Shown: positions 57,866 to 64,000 of the stretch, piece after piece
How positions within the stretch are numbered: position 1 is the stretch's first letter
How the letters are laid out: each line of letters opens with the position of its first letter
Source of the DNA: Collinsella sp.
Lineage (GTDB): Bacteria; Actinomycetota; Coriobacteriia; Coriobacteriales; Coriobacteriaceae
Direction: 5' to 3'
Length of the DNA stretch: 64,000 nucleotides
Assembly (NCBI GenBank): GCA_018368345.1
Contig: JAGZEK010000002.1
Location: 121,111-185,110, forward strand
Program-made: the position numbers and the translations under genes
The notes under the pieces: generated by a model
The model's database searches: none
Told to the model about the DNA's origin: nothing
The model's input: the letters and a program-made list of their open reading frames with translations, nothing else

Positions 57866-58621
57866 TTAGATGTCGAAGACGTAGCGCGAGCCCACGATCT
57901 TTTGGCGGCCGAGCAGTAGAGGGCGCCCGTCAGCGTCGGTAAAGTAGGCCTCCATATAGAAGAGCGGCTCGCCGACCGGCACCTCCAACAGCGGGGCCGC
58001 CTGAGCATCGGCAAGCGCAATCTCCACGGTGCAAGGGTCGGACTTGAGCGGTGCACGGCCCGAATGCTCGGCAACGAGCGCAAAGATCGAGTTATCGGTG
58101 AGGTCCTTATCGGCAAGTGTCTGCAGATAGGGATGGTCAACCAGCACAAAGGCGTTGTTCTCGAGCATGACGGGGATGCCGTCGGCCGTGCGCACGCGCT
58201 CGACCACGATAAGCTCGCAGCCGGGCTCTACGCCAAAGAACGCCGCGTCCTCGCGCGTCGCCGCAACCACCGTGCGCGATACCAGGCGCGCACCCGGCAC
58301 CATGTCGTTGGCAGCGCAACCCTCGGAAAAGCTCTGAACGTCACCCTTCTGGACAATCTTGCGCTTGAGCTTGGGCGCGCACACGAACGTGCCCCTCCCC
58401 TGCTGGCGGTTGAGATACCCCGCGCGCGACAGCTCCTCGATGGCGCGGCGCACGGTGATGCGTCCCACGCCGTAGTACTTCGCGAGCTCCATCTCGGAAG
58501 GAATGCGCGAGCCGAATGCGTACACGCCACGCGCGATCTCGCCCTTTAGGTCGTCCATAACCTGCTGGTACAGCGGCACAGCGGACACCTCAGTGCGCTC
58601 GGTTTTATCATCGGATGCCAT
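57866..58621 (-). CDS. GntR/HutC-family transcriptional regulator (UTRA effector domain)
   Basis: wHTH PLYQQVMDDLKGEIARGVYAFGSRIPSEMELAKYYGVGRITVRRAIEEL, plus a UTRA C-domain. Confidence 0.85.
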   Translation of the reverse strand: MASDDKTERTEVSAVPLYQQVMDDLKGEIARGVYAFGSRIPSEMELAKYYGVGRITVRRAIEELSRAGYLNRQQGRGTFVCAPKLKRKIVQKGDVQSFSEGCAANDMVPGARLVSRTVVAATREDAAFFGVEPGCELIVVERVRTADGIPVMLENNAFVLVDHPYLQTLADKDLTDNSIFALVAEHSGRAPLKSDPCTVEIALADAQAAPLLEVPVGEPLFYMEAYFTDADGRPLLLGRQKIVGSRYVFDI

Positions 58622-58623
58622 CG

Positions 58624-60606
58624 TTATGCTCCATTCCGTGCATGCTCGGACTCAAACTCTTCAATCGCCGCCATAAACTGCTCGCCAAAGGCGTCGGCCT
58701 TTTTCTCGCCGATGCCGTTGACCTGGATAAGCTCGTCGCGCGTCTGTGGGCGTAGGCGGCACAGGCCGCGCAGGGCCTTGTCGGAAAAGACCATGTACGG
58801 CGCCATCTCCAGCTCGGTCGAGATCTCCTTGCGCAGGGCACGCAGGCGCTCGAACAACTCGGCATCGTCGCCCACGCGTGGGCGCTGATCCAGCTCGGCC
58901 TCCTCGCGCAGCAGATCGACGGCGCGGCGGGCGCGGGCCGAGGCCTTGCGCTTGGACGCGCGACGCTTAACGGTAAAGGCAAACGCCTCATCCTCGACCT
59001 CGACGGCACGCGGACCCAGCCCCACGACCGGGTACTGCCCCTGCGAGGTAGCCAGATAACCGCGGCCGCACAGCTGGCCGATGATGTCCTTGATGCGCCC
59101 GACCGATTCGCTCGACAGCTCACCGTAGCCACGGTCCTCGTCCAGATGCATCTGGCGAATGCGCTCGGTGTTGCCGCCGTGGAGCACGTCGGCGATCAGC
59201 GCCTTGCCAAAGCGCATGGGTCGCGCGGCCACGTAGCGCACGGCGGCGCGGGCCATATCGGTGACGTCCTCGACCTCGAACTGCGTGAGGCAGTTGCTGC
59301 AGTTGCCGCAGCCCTCGGCGTCATCCGTGGCGGTGGCGCCCGCACCAGCCGCAGCAGCATGCTCGGCCGCGGCCTCGTCGCCAAAGTAGCGCAGCATGTA
59401 TTCGCGCAGGCAGCCGGTAGTATTGCAGTAGCCCTCCATCTGGCTGAGCAGGCGGTAGCGGTTCTGGAGCGCCCACGCGCGCTGCTCGTCGTCAAGCGCC
59501 TCGTCGGCCGCATCGCCGCGGTCGATCAAAAAGCGGCGCATGCGAAAATCGTTACCGTTCCACAGCAAGTGACAGCTGGCCGGGTCGCCATCGCGGCCGG
59601 CGCGGCCCGCCTCCTGGTAGTACGCCTCGATGCTCTCGGGCACGTTATTGTGAATCACGTAGCGCACGTTGGGCTTGTCGATGCCCATGCCAAAGGCGTT
59701 GGTGGCAACCATCACCTGAATGTCGTCGTCGATAAAAGCGCGCTGGCTTTGCCGGCGGACGTCGTTGCCCATGCCGGCATGGTAGCGGCCCACGCGAATG
59801 CCGCTGGGGCCCAGTGCCTCGGCAAGCTCACCTGCCAGCGCGTCGACCGTCTTGCGGGTCGAGCAATACACGATGCCGCTCTCGCTCGAATGCGCAATCA
59901 CGTAGTCGCGCACCCAGGCGGTCTTGGCCTTGTCGCCCATCTCCTCGCAGCCAAAGTAGAGGTTCTTGCGATCGAAGCCCGTCACCACCGTCGCGGGGTT
60001 TTGCAGGCCGAGCATCTGCTGAATGTCCGCACGCACGCGCTCGGTCGCCGTAGCGGTAAAGGCCGCCACGACGGGGCGCTGCGGCAGGGAATCGATGAAC
60101 TCGCGAATCTGCAGGTAAGCGGGGCGGAAATCCTGGCCCCATTGGCTCACGCAGTGCGCCTCGTCAATGGCCACGAGCGGCACGCCAATGCCGCCGTCCG
60201 CCGCGGCCTCCTGCGCAAAGGCTAAAAAGCGCGGCTCGAGCAGACGCTCGGGTGCCACGTACATAAGCTGGTAGCGGCCCTCGCGCGCCCGCTTGAGCAC
60301 GGTGTTTTGCTGGGCCGGGGTAAGGCTGGAGTTGAGATAGCTGGGTCGCGCACCCGCCGCGAGCAACGCACGGGTCTGGTCCTCCATAAGCGACAGCAGC
60401 GGACTCACCACAAAGGTGATGCCGGGCAGCATGAGCGCGGGCACCTGGTAGCAAATGGACTTGCCGGCGCCCGTGGGCATAACACCCAGCGCATCGCGGC
60501 CTGCAAGAATCGCATCGACCATGCGGTCCTGTCCCGGGCGAAACGAGGTGTAGCCAAAATAGGCGCCGAGCGTGTCGAGCGCCATCTGCTGCATGCTATC
60601 GGTCAT
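58624..60606 (-). CDS. recQ: ATP-dependent DNA helicase RecQ
   Basis: Helicase motifs (MPTGAGKS, DEAH), Zn-binding RQC region, C-terminal HRDC domain. Confidence 0.95.
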   Translation of the reverse strand: MTDSMQQMALDTLGAYFGYTSFRPGQDRMVDAILAGRDALGVMPTGAGKSICYQVPALMLPGITFVVSPLLSLMEDQTRALLAAGARPSYLNSSLTPAQQNTVLKRAREGRYQLMYVAPERLLEPRFLAFAQEAAADGGIGVPLVAIDEAHCVSQWGQDFRPAYLQIREFIDSLPQRPVVAAFTATATERVRADIQQMLGLQNPATVVTGFDRKNLYFGCEEMGDKAKTAWVRDYVIAHSSESGIVYCSTRKTVDALAGELAEALGPSGIRVGRYHAGMGNDVRRQSQRAFIDDDIQVMVATNAFGMGIDKPNVRYVIHNNVPESIEAYYQEAGRAGRDGDPASCHLLWNGNDFRMRRFLIDRGDAADEALDDEQRAWALQNRYRLLSQMEGYCNTTGCLREYMLRYFGDEAAAEHAAAAGAGATATDDAEGCGNCSNCLTQFEVEDVTDMARAAVRYVAARPMRFGKALIADVLHGGNTERIRQMHLDEDRGYGELSSESVGRIKDIIGQLCGRGYLATSQGQYPVVGLGPRAVEVEDEAFAFTVKRRASKRKASARARRAVDLLREEAELDQRPRVGDDAELFERLRALRKEISTELEMAPYMVFSDKALRGLCRLRPQTRDELIQVNGIGEKKADAFGEQFMAAIEEFESEHARNGA

Positions 60607-60774
60607 GGTTTCCTAACGTCCAAGTCATCTGCCGCCGATTATACGCCGCCACGCGGACCGGTGCCGCACGGCCGTCGACCACGGGCAACGCAATCCAAAA
60701 GGAACGAGCGTGGGATTTTTGGACACTTTCCCAACGGCTAATCTCTTGACAAGCGCGCAAACGTCGCAGGTTGA

Positions 60775-60985
60775 GCATAAGTCAGCGAAAACGCCCCTAA
60801 GCGAGCAAGGTGACGTGAAAGAGGAGGGAAGCGTACTTCGGTACGCGACCGACGATTGAACGTCAGATTGCCGCTTAGGGGCGTTTGCAGCGTCGACCAA
60901 TCCGTCGTTCGGCAGAACGGCGGAACCAAAGGCGCAGCGTCGAGCCGTTACGCGGTTTGGTAAAACCGCGTAACTTATATGACCA
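60775..60985. repeat. REP/MITE-like element family C (copy 2), with internal UUCG-loop hairpin GCGTACttcgGTACGC and 3' hairpin ACGCGGTTTggtaAAACCGCGT
   Basis: Aligns block-wise with 37955-38112. Lies between the GntR gene end and the recQ start. Confidence 0.6.
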
Positions 60986-61694
60986 TGACGTAGCGGCTGC
61001 CCACGTAGTACTGTTTGCCGAGCAAGACCGGCTCGTCATCGGGACCGGTAAAGCCGGCACGCAGGTTGAGCAGCGGATCGTGCGGAGCAATGCCCAGCTC
61101 GGCCGCCTGCTCGGCGTTAGCTCGAACGGCCTCGACCGTACGGTAGCCAACCGAGACAATCGGCGTTCCGCCAACACGCTCGACCTCGGCAAAAATCGAC
61201 TTGTCCTCAAGATCGGCCGTCAACAGCTCACGGTAGGCGTCAAACGGCACAAAGATGTTCTCCTCAAAGATGGGCTCGCCGTCGGCCGTACGCACGCGCT
61301 TGATATGCAGCAGCAGCGCATCCTTCTGCAGGCCAAAGAACTCCATCTCGTTTTGGCGCGCCGGAACGATCTGGCGATCGATCACGTGCGCACCGGCCTT
61401 CATGCCGTTGCCGGCACACAGCGCGGTAAACGTCTGCAGCGTCGAGGCGTGAAACTGGCGGTTGATGTGCGGCGTGGAGACAAAGGTGCCGCGGCCCTGC
61501 TGCTTAACCAGGTAACCATCGGAGCACAGCTCCTCGACAGCGCGGCGCACCGTAATACGGCTCACCTCGTACTGCTCGGCTAGTTCAAGCTCGGACGGAA
61601 TACGCTCCTTGGGTGCATAAACACCTTTCTCGATCGCATCCTTGATTTCGTCATAAATCTGCTGGTAAAGCGGTGCATTTTTGGGCGCAGGCAT
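60975..61694 (-). CDS. GntR/HutC-family transcriptional regulator
   Basis: PLYQQIYDEIKDAIEKGVYAPKERIPSELELAEQYEVSRITVRRAVEEL wHTH plus UTRA domain. Paralogue of 57866-58621. Confidence 0.85.
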   Translation of the reverse strand: MPAPKNAPLYQQIYDEIKDAIEKGVYAPKERIPSELELAEQYEVSRITVRRAVEELCSDGYLVKQQGRGTFVSTPHINRQFHASTLQTFTALCAGNGMKAGAHVIDRQIVPARQNEMEFFGLQKDALLLHIKRVRTADGEPIFEENIFVPFDAYRELLTADLEDKSIFAEVERVGGTPIVSVGYRTVEAVRANAEQAAELGIAPHDPLLNLRAGFTGPDDEPVLLGKQYYVGSRYVMVI

Positions 61695-61787
61695 ATCTGA
61701 TCACTCTTATCAAAATAGCTAAATTTCTAATACGTATATAACGTCTAGTTTCATATTACCTCATAATAATAAAACGATACACCCTCC

Positions 61788-61880
61788 CTACCAAAAAGCG
61801 ACAGCTTCATTTTGGTAGGTTTTATCTGGGCAAACGAGAGTCTCTCGAAAGCAACGGGGCTTTCGGGGGGCTCGTTCGGA
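61788..61880. repeat. partial/variant copy of the 2352-2507 MITE-like family (hairpin CTACCAAAAagcgacagcttcaTTTTGGTAG then TTTTATCTGGGCAAACG)
   Basis: A 17-nt identical block plus a TIR-like stem. Lies in the GntR-yitT spacer. Confidence 0.5.
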
Positions 61881-61913
61881 TGGGTTGCGCAGGACCGGCA
61901 AAATGCCAATACC

Positions 61914-62942
61914 CTACTTGCCGTCGTCCTGCTGCAGGCTGTCCTGTTCGCTGAGGCGCGCCTGCCTGCTGGCCATGCGTGCGGGCTTGTCGGGATCGGG
62001 AACGGCCGTGGGCATGGGCTCGTCGACATGACCACCCCACCAGCCGCCCACAAAGTTGAGCGTGTGGAACACATTGATCACGGCGCCGGAATCAACGTCG
62101 CACACCAGCTTGATAATGTCCTGACTCTCGTAGGTCGAGACAACGGTGTTCAGCAGGTACATCTTTTCGCGGCTATATCCGCCGACGACCTCGGCGCAGC
62201 TAATGCCGTGCTGAAAATGGTTTACGTAGGCAGTCATGACCTCGTCTGCCTTACGCGTCGTGATCTGCAGCGTCACGCGATCGTAGCGACGATAGAAACT
62301 GTCGATGGTCTTGGTCGAAATAAACTGGAACACGATGGAATACGCCGCCTTGTCCCAGCCAAACATAAAGCCAAAGATCGCCAGGATAAAGCAGTTGAAA
62401 CCAAAGATGACGCCCCAGATGGTCTTGCCCGTGTGGTTGGAAACCCACAGCGCGATAAAGTCGGTGCCGCCGGTGGATGCGCCGGATTTAAGTGCGATGG
62501 CAGCGCCCAGACCCGAGACCACGCCGCCAAAAATGATGAGCATGATCTTGTCGCCCAAAAATGGAGCGAAGTGAAAGACGTTGAGGAACAGCGACGAGAG
62601 CACGACCTGCATCATCGAGAAGATGACGAAGCGCTTGCTAATGCCGCTCCAACATAGGAGCGCCACGGGGATGTTGAGCGCGAGCATGCCGAGCGAGATG
62701 TCGATATGAACGCCACCCAGCGAGGTAACGCGATCGAGCAGGACCGCGACGCCGGTAAGACCGCTCGGAAGCAGGTCGGCGGGCTGAATGAACGCCTGGA
62801 TCAGAAATGTCTGGAGAACGGCGGAAATGGTGACCGCCACAGCAGTAATGGCGCGGCGGACGATGGTGAGGCGGCCGAGCACGAGCACGCGGTCCGTGAG
62901 CTGATCGATGGCGTTCGCCACGCGGGCTCCTTTCGAAGGCAA
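61914..62942 (-). CDS. yitT: YitT-family membrane protein (DUF161 x2 + DUF2179)
   Basis: Polytopic N-terminal duplicated DUF161 region with a C-terminal DUF2179-like soluble domain. Confidence 0.85.
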   Translation of the reverse strand: MPSKGARVANAIDQLTDRVLVLGRLTIVRRAITAVAVTISAVLQTFLIQAFIQPADLLPSGLTGVAVLLDRVTSLGGVHIDISLGMLALNIPVALLCWSGISKRFVIFSMMQVVLSSLFLNVFHFAPFLGDKIMLIIFGGVVSGLGAAIALKSGASTGGTDFIALWVSNHTGKTIWGVIFGFNCFILAIFGFMFGWDKAAYSIVFQFISTKTIDSFYRRYDRVTLQITTRKADEVMTAYVNHFQHGISCAEVVGGYSREKMYLLNTVVSTYESQDIIKLVCDVDSGAVINVFHTLNFVGGWWGGHVDEPMPTAVPDPDKPARMASRQARLSEQDSLQQDDGK

Positions 62943-63059
62943 ATCTGGTTGTGAGGCATGTCGGCGATTGTAGCACGGAGCATGCGGGGGCGCTTCAATT
63001 CACCCTCCCTCGACAACCAAAGCGGGACCAGCAACCCCACGACCAAAGGCCCAAATAAC

Positions 63060-63177
63060 AAGTGAGTAGACTTTACGCGACCTGCAGAGCACACCCAAAA
63101 CCGCCACCCCTGTGACCTGCGGTTTTACTAGAGCAGATGCGCTTTGTGCTCGTCTTGCACCAAAAAGTCTACTCACT
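63060..63177. other. ~118-nt extended stem-loop: 15-bp perfect inverted repeat AAGTGAGTAGACTTT / AAAGTCTACTCACTT enclosing AAAACCGC...GCGGTTTT
   Basis: Upstream of yitT and downstream of the HAD gene. The GTCTACT(C/T)ACTT motif recurs at 63978. Confidence 0.35.
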
Positions 63178-63275
63178 TAGTCCGAATCGAAGCCAAACGG
63201 ATCCAAATAGATGACAAATTAAGCCAATCCGCAGCAAAAGACGCGTGAATCAGTGCTTCTCGCGGCGGATTGACA

Positions 63276-63905
63276 CTACAAAGCGGCCAAAATGTCGGTC
63301 AGATTATCGATAACGGCATCGGCTCGCGATTGATCGAGGTTGACACCCTCGTGCGGACGCAGCGCCAGGACGCGGGCGCCGGAGCGCTTACCAGCCTCGA
63401 TGCCCAAAGGCGAATCCTCTATAACCAGGCACTCGGCAGGCTCCACCCCTAGCGCCTCCATGGCACGCAGGTAGATCTCGGGGTCGGGCTTAAACGCACT
63501 GCACTCGTGACCGCTGATGGTGTAGTCCAACACGTCGGCGATACCGGCAATCTCCACCAGCTCGTCGATCAACTCGCGATAGGACGAGCTCGCGATGGCA
63601 CACTTCACGCCACGCTCGTGCAGCTTGCGCATCACCGGCTCCGTCTGCTCGTTGAGCAGCTCGGCATACGGAACGGGATGGTCCGGGCTATAAACCTGCT
63701 TGTACTCCACGCGCAGGCGCTCGCGCAGCTCAACATCGTCGGGCACCAGTGCCTCCCAAATGGCAGGCTCGTTAGACCCCGAAAGATCGGGGATCTCGTC
63801 AAAGTGGAACCCCTTCTCTTCCATAAACGCCACGCGACGACGGTTGTAGAACCACTCGGTATCGACCAGCACGCCGTCCATGTCAAACAGCACTGCCTTG
63901 ATCAT
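63276..63905 (-). CDS. HAD-superfamily hydrolase (beta-phosphoglucomutase/phosphatase-like)
   Basis: Motif I DMDGVL, motif II S/T region, motif IV EDSPLGIEAG. Start at MIKAVLFDMDG. Confidence 0.85.
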   Translation of the reverse strand: MIKAVLFDMDGVLVDTEWFYNRRRVAFMEEKGFHFDEIPDLSGSNEPAIWEALVPDDVELRERLRVEYKQVYSPDHPVPYAELLNEQTEPVMRKLHERGVKCAIASSSYRELIDELVEIAGIADVLDYTISGHECSAFKPDPEIYLRAMEALGVEPAECLVIEDSPLGIEAGKRSGARVLALRPHEGVNLDQSRADAVIDNLTDILAAL

Positions 63906-63924
63906 ACGTATCTCCTTTCGATAG

Positions 63925-63960
63925 CAAAAAAGGGGACGGGGCGCAAACCCCATCCCCTCT
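63925..63960 (-). terminator. rho-independent terminator of an upstream minus-strand gene lying beyond the window end
   Basis: Minus strand aggggatggggtttgcgccccgtccccttttttgc. Confidence 0.6.
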
Positions 63961-64000
63961 CAATCAACCCGTAAGGTCTACTTACTTGTGATTAGTAGGA

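Overview
This is a high-GC (~60-65%) bacterial chromosomal segment. Gene content (Tad/Flp pilus locus, T-box leader on pheST, ECF cobalt transporter, DUF4012 protein) suggests an Actinobacteria/Coriobacteriia-like genome, but that is inference from content only. Most of the window is core housekeeping: serS, proC, rlmH, an SPFH protein, tatD, rsmA, metG, rsmI, a GH5 hydrolase, rsgA, a P-type ATPase, pyk, cbiMNQO, pheST with a T-box leader, an M32 carboxypeptidase, glmM, an M16 peptidase, a 5-formyl-THF cyclo-ligase, metA, ldh, recQ, two GntR/HutC regulators, yitT and a HAD hydrolase. Three accessory blocks stand out. First, a complete Tad/Flp pilus locus (cpaB-tadZ-tadA-tadB-tadC, two flp pilins, TadE-like pseudopilins, a ~700-aa domain-less membrane protein and DUF192) sits next to a BrnT/BrnA-like toxin-antitoxin pair and tRNA-Phe. 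Second, a defence island directly downstream of tRNA-Val(GAC) (43.3-50.4 kb) carries a Sau3AI-like Type II R-M pair (GATC endonuclease plus C5-cytosine methyltransferase) and two candidate modification-dependent (Type IV-like) nucleases (SRA-HNH and PUA/EVE-like plus PD-(D/E)xK). The second nuclease pair lies in a conspicuously AT-richer sub-segment. Third, an unusual family of ~130-bp GC-rich structured elements lies immediately beyond the terminators of tRNA-Arg, tRNA-Leu and tRNA-Phe. Each element is bounded by a ~60-bp direct duplication of the tRNA 3' end plus terminator, and each ends in an inverted, diverged copy of the neighbouring tRNA's T-arm. The window also holds at least four other families of short palindromic/MITE-like intergenic repeats. 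No rRNA, CRISPR array, transposase or integrase gene was found.
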